From an uncultured Gemmatimonadales bacterium (GTDB taxonomy: Bacteria; Gemmatimonadota; Gemmatimonadetes; Longimicrobiales; Gaopeijiaceae), in NCBI GenBank assembly GCA_963823035.1, contig CAWGKG010000018.1, positions 256,001 through 320,000 on the forward strand: 64,000 nt of DNA. The letters run 5' to 3'. Made by a program: the position numbers and the translations under genes. Below the pieces are notes generated by a model that saw only the letters and a program-made list of their open reading frames with translations, ran no database searches and had not been told where the DNA came from. Shown here piece after piece: positions 1-10,227 of the stretch (positions within the stretch are counted from its first letter, which is position 1; every line of letters starts with the position of its first letter).

Positions 1-22
1 CGGTTAGAATACAGAGCTTTGA

Positions 23-51
23 ATGATATCCGAGGGTCCCGGGGGTGTCAA
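23..51 (-). promoter_or_regulatory. Sigma70-type promoter firing out of the left edge of the window
   Basis: Minus strand reads TTGACA (51-46), 17-nt spacer, TATCAT (28-23). Confidence 0.75.
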
Positions 52-110
52 CGGGCTTTCCCGTTGCGGGACGGGGGTTTGGGGGGCAGCCCGGCGGCGC
101 CCCCTGGAGG

Positions 111-962
111 CTACATGAAGGTCTCGAGGAAGCGCGCCCGCGACGCGTGCCGCAGGCGGACGAGCGCCTTCTCCTTGATCTGACGCACGCGCTCGCGCGT
201 GATGCCGAGCAGCGCCCCGATCTCCTCGAGCGTCATCGGGTCCTGGTCGTCCAGCCCGAAATACAGCCGCAGGATCTTCGCCTCCCGCTCCTTGAGCGTG
301 GAGAGCGCCTCCTCGATCGTCTGCTTCAGCGCCCGCTCGTACGCCTCGTCCTCGGGCCCCGGCGAGTACTGGTCGGGGAGGTAGTCGAGGAGGCGGTTGT
401 CCTCCCCCGGGGTGAGCGGCGCGTCCAGCGAGAGATGGGACTGCGAGATCGCGAGCGTGCGCTCGACCTCCTCCTGGGAGATGTCGAGACCCTCGGCGAT
501 CTCGTCGACGGTGGGCTCCCGGCCCAGCTCCTGGAGCAACGCCGAGCTGCGTCGCCCGATCCGGTGCAGCGCCCCCGCCCTGTTGAGCGGGACGCGCACG
601 ATGCGGCTCTGCTCCGCGAGCGCCTGCAGGATGGCCTGCCTGATCCACCAGACCGCGTAGCTGATGAACTTGATGCCCTTCGTCTCGTCGAATTTGTGGG
701 CGGCGCGGATGAGGCCGAGGTTGCCCTCGTTGATCAGGTCGGGGAGCGGGACACCCTGGTTCTGGTACTTCTTGGCCACCGAGACCACGAAGCGCAGGTT
801 CGACCGAACCAGCTTGTTGAGGGCGTCCGGGTCGTCCTTGCGGATGAGCCTCGCCAGCCGGGCCTCCTCCTCACGGTCGATGAGGGGATACTGGCTGATC
901 TCCTTGAGATACTGATCGAGGGAGCCTTCCCGGAAGGTGCCGCGGCGGGAGGTGAAACTCAT
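111..962 (-). CDS. RNA polymerase sigma70 factor, RpoD/SigA family (short form, no region 1.1)
   Basis: Region 1.2 SLDQYLKEI, region 2 NLRFVVSVAKKY...DLINEGNLGL...KFISYAVWWIRQAI, region 4 TLEEIG..LGITRERVRQI; start placed at MSFTS. Confidence 0.92.
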   Translation of the reverse strand: MSFTSRRGTFREGSLDQYLKEISQYPLIDREEEARLARLIRKDDPDALNKLVRSNLRFVVSVAKKYQNQGVPLPDLINEGNLGLIRAAHKFDETKGIKFISYAVWWIRQAILQALAEQSRIVRVPLNRAGALHRIGRRSSALLQELGREPTVDEIAEGLDISQEEVERTLAISQSHLSLDAPLTPGEDNRLLDYLPDQYSPGPEDEAYERALKQTIEEALSTLKEREAKILRLYFGLDDQDPMTLEEIGALLGITRERVRQIKEKALVRLRHASRARFLETFM

Positions 963-1124
963 CGGGGGCTCGGTCGGAGGGTCTACCCGCGAGTGCCGGA
1001 CCCACCGTCGTGGACCACGGATGCTCACGGGAAGTGAGACGGCACGCGAGGTACAAATGGGGACATGGGCGCCGTCGCGCAACCGCACCCCCCTCGCGCG
1101 GGGGCACGCGGGCGACTTCCCCCC

Positions 1125-1874
1125 CTAGCGGATGAGCTCTCCGATCCGCCCCCAGCGGACGTACCGGAGCCAGGGCACGCGCCCCGAGATGCTCGGATCG
1201 AACGAGTAGTACACGAACCAGGGCCGCCCGCGAATCGCCTCGCGGGATACGAATCCCCAGTAGCGCGAGTCCTCGCTGTTGTCCCGGTTGTCCCCGAGCA
1301 TGAAGTACTCGCCCGGCGGGACCACGAGGGGGCCCCAGTTGTCGCGTGTCGGGTGATAGGAACGCGTGGTGCTGGCGATCAGGTGGTTGGACTGCCAGCG
1401 CATGTCCGGATGGACGGCGTCGCCACGGTGGTCGATGTAGCGTGCGTACGGCTCGTGCATCGCCTGGCCGTTCACGTACAGGACCTTCTCGCGCATCTCG
1501 AGGGTGTCGCCCGGCATTCCGACCAGCCGCTTCACGTAGTTCTTGGTCACGTCGTGCGGCGGCACGAAGACGACCACGTCCCCGCGCTCGGGGTCCGCGA
1601 ACGCCGGGAGATGCAGATGCGTTCCCGGGACCTCCGCGCCGTAGACGGCCTTGTTGACCAGGAGGAAGTCGCCGACGAGGAGCGTGTTCTCCATCGACGA
1701 GGTGGGGATGCGGAAGGCCTCGACCACGAAGGTGCGGATGAGGACGAAGAGCGCGAACGCGATCAGCAGCGACCGGGTCCAGTCCCAGACGATGCCGAGC
1801 ACCACGCCCGCTCGTTCCTCCGAGGCACGGAGGATCCGGGTGACCGCGCCCGTTTCCCTCTCTTCTTCCTTCAC
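1125..1874 (-). CDS. lepB: Signal peptidase I
   Basis: TM helix, then IPTSSMENTLLVGDFLLVNK (catalytic Ser), YVKRLVGMPGD (catalytic Lys) and GDNRDNSEDSRYWG; GTG start approximate. Confidence 0.95.
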   Translation of the reverse strand: MKEEERETGAVTRILRASEERAGVVLGIVWDWTRSLLIAFALFVLIRTFVVEAFRIPTSSMENTLLVGDFLLVNKAVYGAEVPGTHLHLPAFADPERGDVVVFVPPHDVTKNYVKRLVGMPGDTLEMREKVLYVNGQAMHEPYARYIDHRGDAVHPDMRWQSNHLIASTTRSYHPTRDNWGPLVVPPGEYFMLGDNRDNSEDSRYWGFVSREAIRGRPWFVYYSFDPSISGRVPWLRYVRWGRIGELIR

Positions 1875-2086
1875 CCTTCCATGCTCCTGAGCTCCCACGG
1901 GGGTCGCGTGGCCGCTCCGGGTCGGCCCGCCCAACGACGATCGGGATCCCTACACGAGCGGCCGTCGCACCGTTCCCGGGCCGGGCCACCTTCCCATCGT
2001 AATGGACGGAGAGGCGCGCAGCGCCAATATCTCGTCCTTTTCGTCGGGCCGCGGCCGTGCCTACCTTCGAAGAGGAGGGGGACGCG

Positions 2087-2910
2087 GTGGTCGCGTCCCC
2101 CCGATCCGATCCCCCGCCGACCGTGTCCCGCCCCCACCGTCGCCTCGATCCCACTACCCTCGTGGCCCTCGCGCTCGTGCTGGGGGGGCTCCTCTTCGTA
2201 ATCCGGGGACGCACCGCTGCCCGCGACGCCCGCTCCGTCCTGCGATCCCGGAGCGGATGCGGGATGTGCCGTCGACGCCCGGGCGGGCGCGCTCACACAG
2301 GCGTCGGGCGGGGTCGCCCGACCCACGCCCGCCGGCCCGCCCGAGCTGTCCGCCGACGTCGCGTGCCGCAACGTCTCGTACCTGTGCGACGAGCTCGAGC
2401 CGAGCGGGCGCCTGCGCATGCAGCGCTGGAGGGACTTCCAGGGCACGATGGTCGTGCACGTGCCGCTTCCCGACCTCCCCGACCGGGCGCAGGCCTACGC
2501 GCTGCGCAGCGCGGCCACGGCCGGCATCCGGCTGTGGAACGGCCAGCCCTTCCCCATCCTGGTCGACGAGCGCGGCACGCGGGAGGCGCAGATCGAGGTC
2601 CGCTGGGTCGCCTCGCTCGGCGGCTCGCAGATCGGGCTCGCCAAGACCGAGTGGAGCCCGCGCACGGGGCTCTCCGTGCACTCCCTCGAGCTCGTCACGG
2701 CCAACCCGAACGGTGCGCGGTCCGCTCGACCCCCGCGACGTACGCCTGACGGCCGCGCACGAGATGGGGCACGCGCTGGGTCTCGGCCACTCGGCCAACC
2801 CCCACGACCTGATGTATCCCGCCAACACGGCCACCACCCTCACGGCCCGCGACTACCGTGCGATCGAAGCCCTCTACGACTTCGAGGACGGCACGGTGAT
2901 CGTGCGCTGA
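2087..2910 (+). CDS. Membrane-anchored matrixin (M10) family zinc metalloprotease, split by apparent frameshifts
   Basis: N-terminal TM (LVALALVLGGLLFVI) in one frame, middle part in ORF 2418, and HEMGHALGLGHS..DLMYP (zinc motif plus Met-turn) in a third frame; RBS AGGAGG before GTG 2087. Confidence 0.75.
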
Positions 2911-2922
2911 AGCGTCGCTCCG

Positions 2923-4876
2923 TCAGCGACCTCCGAGGAGGACCCGGGCCCCGACGTAGAGCGCCCGCCCCGGCGCCGGAAAGCCGACGATCTCCTCGTA
3001 GCGCGCGTCCAGGACGTTCTCCGCACGCAGACGAAGGACCCAGGCCGGCCGGCGCCCCGCGCCCCCGAACGGCACCTCGAGCCCCGCGTCGAGCGTCGCG
3101 TGGCGCGGGAGGGTGACGCGCGTCGCGGGATAGGTCGTGAAGTCCCGGTCGGCGCGATCGCCGACCACGCGCAGCGACACCGAGCGCGTCGGCGCGCCCG
3201 GCCTGCACGGCCCCATGCACCCGCAGCGTGCTCGCGGGCCTGCGCAGCAGGCGGTCGCCCGGCACGAACTCCCCGCCCGCGTCCTCCTCGCCGCCGCCCC
3301 CGGTCACCCATCCGTCCAGCCACGTCCACGACGCTCCGGCGCGCACCGCCCCCGCGCGCGCCTCCCCGCCCATCTCCACACCGCGCACGTTCGCCCCGGC
3401 GAGGTTGAAGTAGTTCGGAGCCTCCGGCCGGGGAGGCACCGCCGTGTATTGGATCAGGTCGCGGAAGCGCTCCTGGAAGTAGGCGGCGCGCAGCGTCACC
3501 CGCCCGGCCAGGGCGTCCTGCTCGATCCCCGCTTCCCAGGAGCGGGCCCGCTCCGGATCGAGCGCCGGGTTCCCGCGCACGTAGCCTTCGGCGAAGCTCT
3601 CGTAGAACGTCGGCTCCTTGATGGCGCTCCCCGCGCTCACACGCAGCCGCGTGCCCTCGATGGGTCGCCAGGTGAGCCCGGCGTTCCACGTCGGGAAGCG
3701 GCCGTACTGCTCGTTGTCCTCGAGGCGCCCACCGACCGCCCACGCCCATGCGCCCTCGGCGCCGGTGACGTGCAGGTACGCGGCCCGGTTCCGGCGGTCG
3801 TATTCGCTGCGCCCCGACGTCACGCCCCACTCGCTCGCCGATTCGGAGAAGGAGCGCTGCTTCTCCCGCTCCGCCTCGAAGCCCACCGTGACCACGGAGC
3901 CCCCGAGGTGCAGGTTGCCGCGCACGTCCACGGCCGAGCGCTGCACGTGGTCGAGGGAGTTGAAGCCGAAGTAGCCGAGGGTGTCGGCCGCGTCGTCCAT
4001 CGCGTCGTCCGTGCCGCTCTCCGTGCGCGCGAGCGTGACGAGCGTGCGCAGCTCGAGACGCTCCCCGAGCCATCGCGCCCCGCTGAGCGCCACGGACGCC
4101 TCGTCCCCGAAGGTCAGGGCGTTGTGGTCGACCACCGCGCCGTTCGCGTCCGTCGGGAAGCCGTAGGTCCGGTCGGAGAGCCGCACCGCCACGCCGGCGC
4201 GCGTGCGCGCGTCCGGGGCCAGGCGCACGTTCCCGGACAGCACCGTGTTCTCGTGCGCGTTGTTGAACGGAAACACGCCGTCCGTGTGCAGGCGCGACGC
4301 GGCGAGCGACCAGCTCACCGGGTCCGAGCCACCGGAGGCGGTCAGCGAGGCCTCGCGCCGGCCGTAGCTTCCCCCCTGCACCGAGAGGGAGAGGGCAGCC
4401 GGCCCGCGTCCGGTGCGGGTGATGACGTGGATCACCCCGGCCATCGCAGCGGAGCCGAAGAGCGACGAGGCCGGACCCCGCAGCACCTCGATGCGCTCGA
4501 CGTCGTCGAGCGTGAGGCCCGCGAAGTCGAAGGAGCCCCCCGGCTGGTTCACCTGCACCCCGTCGACCAGCACCTGGGCGTAGTCGCTCTCCCCGCCGCG
4601 CATGAACACGGAGGTCGTCGCGCCGAACGAGCCTCCCTGCACGACGGTCACGCCCGGCACCTCCCGCAATGCGTCCGCCAGCCGGAGCACGCCGCGCGCG
4701 CGCAGCGCCTCGCCGTCCAGCACGGTCACGGAGCGCGCCACGGCGGAGGCCGGCCGGGGCGTGGGGCTCGCGGTCACGATCAGCCCTTCGAGCTCGAAGG
4801 GGTCCTGCTGCGCCGCGGCCACGCGCGGCGCTACGGCCGTCGCGCATGCGACGACGATCGGGATCCAGCGTCTCAT
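2923..4876 (-). CDS. btuB: TonB-dependent receptor, BtuB-like (probable cobalamin uptake); frameshift near 3190
   Basis: Signal peptide, TonB box LIVTAS, plug motifs VLVDGV and ERIEVLRGPASSLFGS, C-terminal ENVLDARYEE..GFPAPGRALYVG in ORF 2923..3216; lies downstream of a cobalamin riboswitch. Confidence 0.85.
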
Positions 4877-5015
4877 CTCGGTCTTCCTCCCCCACGGTCG
4901 GAAACGAGGAACCCCGCGCCTCCTTGCGGAGGAGCGGGGCGACCGGATGCGACGGCGAACCACTGCCGGAGACGTCACGTCCGCGCCCACTCCCCCTCGA
5001 AGCGGCGAGGCTGCG

Positions 5016-5178
5016 GGGGTGGGTCAGGTCTCCTGGCTCGAGGCCGTCTCGCTCGCCTTCCCGGGCGCGCTCAGCGCCCAGTGGCATCGGGAGCGGACGT
5101 TCCGAAGCGTGTTCGGACCTCTCACAGTGGCGGGGCCGCGCCGGAGTCTCACCGGCTTCCGTTGATGACCCACCCGCC
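5016..5178 (-). promoter_or_regulatory. Cobalamin (B12) riboswitch
   Basis: Minus strand reads GGAAGCCGGTGAGACTCCGGCGCGGCCCCGCCACTGTG...GCCACTGGG...CGGGAAGGC...GAGCCAGGAGACCTG (B12 box), with closing stem GGGTGGGTCA/TGACCCACCC; upstream of the btuB-like gene. Confidence 0.93.
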
Positions 5179-5197
5179 GAATCGAATTGTCGCCTCG

Positions 5198-5226
5198 AGG
5201 TTACCGCGTCGGGGCCGCGCCTGCAA
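5198..5226 (-). promoter_or_regulatory. Sigma70-type promoter for the riboswitch-btuB transcript
   Basis: TTGCAG-17 nt-TAACCT just upstream of the riboswitch. Confidence 0.55.
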
Positions 5227-5312
5227 GGCGGCACCGCAACCGGGCCGTGCTTGGAGGCAGCTTACGCGCGAGAGCCGGCCGCGAGTGCGGACGGCGCGGC
5301 TGCAGGGCGGGC

Positions 5313-6674
5313 TCAATCCTCCCGGACCAGCCCGTACTTCTCGATCTTCTTGTACAGATTGGAGCGGGGCATGTCCATGCGCCGAGCCGTCTCCGCCACG
5401 TTCCAGTCGTTCTCGCGCAACTTCTGCAGGATGAACGCGCGCTCGGCGCGCTCCTTGAACTCCGCGAACGTCCCCGCGGTGAGGAGCTCGCCCCCGAGAC
5501 CGGAGCCCGAGCTGCGGCCCGGCGCGAGGAGGTCCACGTCGGAGGCGCGTACCTCTTCGCCCGTGGACAGGATCAACAGGCGCTCCACCGTGTTGCGCAG
5601 CTCGCGCACGTTCCCCGGCCACTCGAGCGCGGCCAGGCGCGCCACCGCCTCCTCCGTGAACCTCCGGGCCGCCACGCGAGCGTTGCTGGCCATCCGCTGG
5701 GCGAAGTGCTGGATGAGCATCGGGACGTCCTCCCGGCGCTCGCGTAGCGGGGGGATGTGGATGGGCACCACGTTGAGCCGGTAGAAGAGGTCCTCGCGGA
5801 AACGACTCTCCCCGATCTCCTCCGGCAGGTCCTTGTTGGTCGCGGCGATCACGCGCACGTCCACCTCGATGGCGCGCGAACCTCCCACGCGGGTGACCAC
5901 CCCCTGCTCGAGGGCGCGCAGCACCTTGGCCTGCGCCGCGAGGGACATGTCACCGATCTCGTCCAGGAAGAGCGTGCCGCCGTCCGCCTGCTCGAACTTC
6001 CCCGCCCGGTCGGCCACGGCCCCCGTGAACGAGCCCTTGATGTGTCCGAAGAGGGCCGACTCGATCAGCTCGGAGGGGATCGCGGCGCAGTTCACCTCGA
6101 CGAAGGGGCCGGCCGCCCGCTCCGAAAGTCGATGGATGGCGCGGGCCACCAGCTCCTTTCCCGTGCCGTTCTCGCCGGTGACGAGGACGCGCGCGTCCGT
6201 GGGGGCGACGCGCTCGATGCGCTCCAGCACCTGACGGACCGGATACGAGGTCCCGACGATCTCGTAGCGGCTCTCGACCTGGTCCCGCAGCGCCTCCATG
6301 CTGGCCGTGAGCCCGCGCAGCTCGAGCGCACGCCGGAGCGTCACCAGGAGGCGGTCCGTGTCGAGCGGCTTCTCCAGGAAGTCGTACGCGCCCTTGCGCG
6401 TGGCCTCCACGGCCGTGTCGATCGTGCCGTGCCCGGAGATCATGACCACGAGGATGCCCGGATCCCCCTCGCGGAGCCGCTCGAGCACCTCGAGACCGTC
6501 CATCCCCGGCATCTTCACGTCCAGGAAGATGACGTCCGGCCGCGCCTCGGCGGCGAGGTGGAGCGCCTCAGGGCCGTCGGAAGCTCCCCGCACCTCGTGC
6601 CCCTCGTACTCGAACACCTGGACCAGGGCATCGCGGATCGACTTCTCGTCGTCGACGATCAGGAGCCTCGCCAT
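5313..6674 (-). CDS. Sigma54-dependent response regulator (NtrC/NtrX family)
   Basis: Receiver (IVDDE, FLDVKMP, LEKP), AAA+ domain GENGTGKE / GSFTGA / LFLDEIG / WPGNVREL, Fis-type HTH. Confidence 0.93.
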   Translation of the reverse strand: MARLLIVDDEKSIRDALVQVFEYEGHEVRGASDGPEALHLAAEARPDVIFLDVKMPGMDGLEVLERLREGDPGILVVMISGHGTIDTAVEATRKGAYDFLEKPLDTDRLLVTLRRALELRGLTASMEALRDQVESRYEIVGTSYPVRQVLERIERVAPTDARVLVTGENGTGKELVARAIHRLSERAAGPFVEVNCAAIPSELIESALFGHIKGSFTGAVADRAGKFEQADGGTLFLDEIGDMSLAAQAKVLRALEQGVVTRVGGSRAIEVDVRVIAATNKDLPEEIGESRFREDLFYRLNVVPIHIPPLRERREDVPMLIQHFAQRMASNARVAARRFTEEAVARLAALEWPGNVRELRNTVERLLILSTGEEVRASDVDLLAPGRSSGSGLGGELLTAGTFAEFKERAERAFILQKLRENDWNVAETARRMDMPRSNLYKKIEKYGLVRED

Positions 6675-6680
6675 TCCCCG

Positions 6681-7334
6681 CTACCTCTCGGCGACCAGGA
6701 CGAGGCTGTCGCGCTGCACGTACACGGCCTGGAGGCCGTCGGGCAGCGGTACCGCGAGGGCGTCCTCCGGGAGGGCGCCGCTCCCGTCCCGGCCGAAGCC
6801 GGCCAGGATCTGGGGGATCATGCGCCGGGGAAGCGGGATGCGGGACACCTCGATGTGGTCCACCAGGAGCGCCAGGTGCTCGCGGTCCAGCGGCACCAGC
6901 GAGCCCTCCATCAGGACGTCGATCGTGTCGGGGAGGATCCCGAGGACGTCGTCGAGCTTCGGCAGCCGCGGGAAAGCCGCGAGCGCCACGCGGGCGCGCA
7001 GGCCGACACGGCTGCCGGCGAGCGTGACGGTGGGCCGGTCCACACCGGGCGGAACGATGCCGGGGAGGGCGTAGCGGACCACCGACGTGAGCTCCAGGCC
7101 CCCGAGCGCGATGCGACCGCCGCCTTCGCCCTTCCGGAAGCGCTCGAATCGGTCGAGGGTCCGGTCCGCCAGCTCCGCGGAGGGCTCCTCCGCCGCGGCC
7201 TCGGCGGGTGCCTCCGGTCGGCCCATGCCCAGCGCCCGCTCCAGACGTGGGAACACGATGGGGCCCCAGAGGAAGCCGGCGTACGCCACCGCCACGAGCA
7301 CCACCGCCCCCACGAGCTTCTTGAGAAAGCCCAA
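6681..7334 (-). CDS. Hypothetical membrane-anchored protein
   Basis: N-terminal hydrophobic helix; packed tightly between thpR and the response regulator. Confidence 0.7.
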   Translation of the reverse strand: MGFLKKLVGAVVLVAVAYAGFLWGPIVFPRLERALGMGRPEAPAEAAAEEPSAELADRTLDRFERFRKGEGGGRIALGGLELTSVVRYALPGIVPPGVDRPTVTLAGSRVGLRARVALAAFPRLPKLDDVLGILPDTIDVLMEGSLVPLDREHLALLVDHIEVSRIPLPRRMIPQILAGFGRDGSGALPEDALAVPLPDGLQAVYVQRDSLVLVAER

Positions 7335-7336
7335 GG

Positions 7337-7900
7337 TCAGCCTCCCACCAGCTTGGCGCTGGAGAGCACGCTGTAGCGGGCTCCCTCGCGCGAGATGTGG
7401 CTCCGCATCAGGTCGAGCGTGCGCACCGGCACCTCACAAGCGAACTGCATGCCCGCCATGGTCTCGTCCAGCCCGCGGAACGCCCCGGCGCCATCGGCGG
7501 CTCCGGCGCGGCCCAGGGTTACGTGAGGATGGAAGGCACGCGTCTCCGGGTCGAACCCCACGTCCGAGAGGCTCCACTCCAGGTCCTGCTTGAGGCAGCG
7601 CAACTCGGGGGTCGCGTTCACCCCCAGCCAGACCACCCGCGGCTTGCGGATCGTGGGGAACGCGCCGAATCCGCCGAGCGCCACCTTGAACGGCTGGGTC
7701 GACTCGGCCACCCGCGTGAGCGCGTCCTGCACGCGCTGCACCCGGTCGGGCCGCACCTCGCCGAGGAACTTGAGCGTGACGTGGAAGTTGTCCTCGTCGA
7801 CCCAGCGCACGGGAAGGTCGCCTTCGCGAAGGACGCGCGTCGCGCGATGGATGCGCTGGCGCTCCTTCTTCGGGAGATTCAGAGCCACGAACACGCGCAC
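7337..7900 (-). CDS. thpR: RNA 2',3'-cyclic phosphodiesterase (2H family)
   Basis: RVFVAL start and two HxT motifs (FHVTLKFLGEV, FHPHVTLGR). Confidence 0.92.
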   Translation of the reverse strand: MRVFVALNLPKKERQRIHRATRVLREGDLPVRWVDEDNFHVTLKFLGEVRPDRVQRVQDALTRVAESTQPFKVALGGFGAFPTIRKPRVVWLGVNATPELRCLKQDLEWSLSDVGFDPETRAFHPHVTLGRAGAADGAGAFRGLDETMAGMQFACEVPVRTLDLMRSHISREGARYSVLSSAKLVGG

Positions 7901-7914
7901 GGTCCGCCCCGTAT

Positions 7915-9082
7915 TCAGCGGCTGCCCGCGGCAACCGCGCCGGACCCCACCAGAGCGTCGACGCCTTCGAGCGCCCGCTCCACGTCTTCGTCGGTCGAGG
8001 CCCAGCCGAGGGAGAGCCGTAGCGCACCCGTGTCGTACGACCCCGCCAGCCGGTGGCATTCGGGCGCGCAGTGGAGCCCCGCCCGCCCCTGCACGCCCCA
8101 CTCCCGATCCAGGCGCGTCGCGAGGGTGGCCGGATCCATGGCGTCGGCGGTGAACGTCACGATGCCCACGCCGTCGGGCGCGCGCGGCGAGCTCAACCGG
8201 ACGCCGCGGATGGACGCGAGTCCATCCCAGAGCCGCGTCTTCAATCGCGATTCGTGGGCGTGCAACGCCTCGACCCCCCTCTCCAGGACGTATGCGATCC
8301 CCGCCTCCAGGCCGGCGAGCCCCGGCGCGTTCACCGTTCCGGCCTCGAGCCGGTCGGGGAGCGGCTCGGGCATGTCGCGCGGAGCGGGAGTCGCCTCCGG
8401 TGCCGCCGCGCATGAGTGGCTCGACCTCCACGCCCTCCCCCACCCACAGCCCCCCGGTTCCCTGCGGACCGAGCATCCCCTTGTGGCCCGTGAACGCCAC
8501 CAGGTCCGCGCCCTCGTCCGCGCAGGGCATCGGAAAGTGCCCCGCCCCCTGGGCGGCGTCCAGGAGGACGATCGCCCCGGCCGCGTGCGCGCGGGAGGCC
8601 AGCTCCCGCAGCGGCAGACGGTGGCCCAGGACGTTCGACGCGCTGTTCACGACCAGCAGCCGCGCTCCCGCCAGGAGGCGTTCCGCCTCTTCGTAGTCGA
8701 TCGCGCCGTCGGGGGTTCCGCCGATCGTGCGCACCTCGACCTCCCGCGTCTGGGCGAGGTAGGCCACCGGCCGCAGGACGGAGTTGTGGTCATAGGCGGT
8801 GACGACGACGACGTCGCCGGGCCCCAGCACGCCCCAGAGGGCGGTGTTCAGCGCCCACGTGGCGTTCGGCATGAAGCACACGCGGCCGGGGTCGCCGGGC
8901 AGGCCGAGGAGACGCTGCACGGCCTGCCGACACCGAAGGGCGACGCGGCCCGCCTCGAGCGCGGGGGCGTGCCCCCCCCGGCCGGGCGTGGCCCCGCACT
9001 CCGTCAGGTACCGCGCCACGGCCTCGGCGACCGCGGGTGGTCGGATCGCGGAAGTCGCTGCGAAATCGAGATAGTGGGCCAT
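7915..9082 (-). CDS. Class V PLP aminotransferase / cysteine desulfurase family protein; frameshift near 8380
   Basis: YLDFAATS, DAAQ, FTGHKGMLGP (PLP Lys); C-terminal RAGLHCAP and LRLSLG are in ORF 7915..8373. Confidence 0.85.
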
Positions 9083-9129
9083 GATCCTCGTTCGTGGCAG
9101 GCGCCCGGTGGCGGCGCGGGCGCCGCAAC

Positions 9130-10128
9130 CTACCGTTGAGCCGGCTTCGCCGACAACGGTGGCAGGTCGGCGCGCGCGCCGGGCTTCCCTTCGATCGGAT
9201 TCACGTAGAGGCGCTCGGTCGGGTAGGCGAAGTCGATGTCCGGGGCCTCGGCGAAGGCATCGAGAATGCGCTCCCAAAGCGCCTGCGCGGTCCCGCGCCG
9301 CTGCCTGGGCTGCGTCAGGTAGCGGATGGTGAGCAGCACCCCCGAGTCCTGGACCGACGTGTAGACGATGGGCGTGAGCGTCGGGTATCGGATCAGGAAG
9401 CGCTTCGCGGTGGTCTTGAGCGTCTGCTCGGCGTCGCGGCTGGTGGCCAGCCCCTCCTCCATGGAGATCTCCAGGAGGATCTTCTTCGCCTTCCGCCAGT
9501 CGCTCTCGAAGGTCACGAGGACCGGCAGCTCGTTCCACAGGAAGGGGAAGCTCGCCGTGTAGTTCGCCAACGGCTGGCTGAACACGGAGGCGTTCGGCAG
9601 GTGGATCATGCGGCCGGTGCTCTGGTCCGCGGCCACCCAGTTTCCGATCTCCATGATCGTGAACGCGAAGATGCGGACGTCCACCACGTCGCCCGCATGC
9701 TCGCCGAGCTGGATGCGGTCTCCCGGGTGGAAGGGGCGGCGCCAGAGGATGAAGACCCAACCCGCAAGGTCCGCGACCAGGTCCTTGAGCGCGATCGCCA
9801 GGCCCGCGGACAGCAGACCGAGGAACGTGCCCACCTCACGGATCGCCGTGAACCACACCTGGGCCAGCAGCAACAACCCGATCACGGACGCCGTGTAGGC
9901 GGACGTCTTCGACCATCGGTAGCGCTGGCTCGCGTCCTCGACCCTCCGGTCCACCACGCGCAGCACGCCCCGCCGCACGAAGACCAGCACCAGGATCATG
10001 ATCGCGGAGACGAGGAGCTTGAACTGGAGATCCGCGGTCAGGCCCGGGACGAGCTGCGGCAGCCCCTGCAGACGCTCGGTGACGGTCGGCGTCTGGAGGC
10101 GCGCCGTGATCGTGAGCGGGATCGGCAT
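9130..10128 (-). CDS. Small-conductance mechanosensitive channel (MscS family)
   Basis: GLLSAGLAIALKDLVADLAG, RPFHPGDRIQLG..GDV, IHLPN. Confidence 0.9.
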   Translation of the reverse strand: MPIPLTITARLQTPTVTERLQGLPQLVPGLTADLQFKLLVSAIMILVLVFVRRGVLRVVDRRVEDASQRYRWSKTSAYTASVIGLLLLAQVWFTAIREVGTFLGLLSAGLAIALKDLVADLAGWVFILWRRPFHPGDRIQLGEHAGDVVDVRIFAFTIMEIGNWVAADQSTGRMIHLPNASVFSQPLANYTASFPFLWNELPVLVTFESDWRKAKKILLEISMEEGLATSRDAEQTLKTTAKRFLIRYPTLTPIVYTSVQDSGVLLTIRYLTQPRQRRGTAQALWERILDAFAEAPDIDFAYPTERLYVNPIEGKPGARADLPPLSAKPAQR

Positions 10129-10227
10129 GAGGGGCGTGCGGGCCTCGGGAGAGGGTGGGGTCCGCGAGGGTCTCGCCACGATCATAGGGGGCGGCCGCGG
10201 GCATGGGGAAGGGCCGGCCGTGCGCGC

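Noticed and set aside
7337..9760. Apparent desulfurase-ThpR fusion (807-aa ORF)
   Set aside because: The desulfurase C-terminus is in ORF 7915..8373 with its own stop; the read-through results from a frameshift near 8380.
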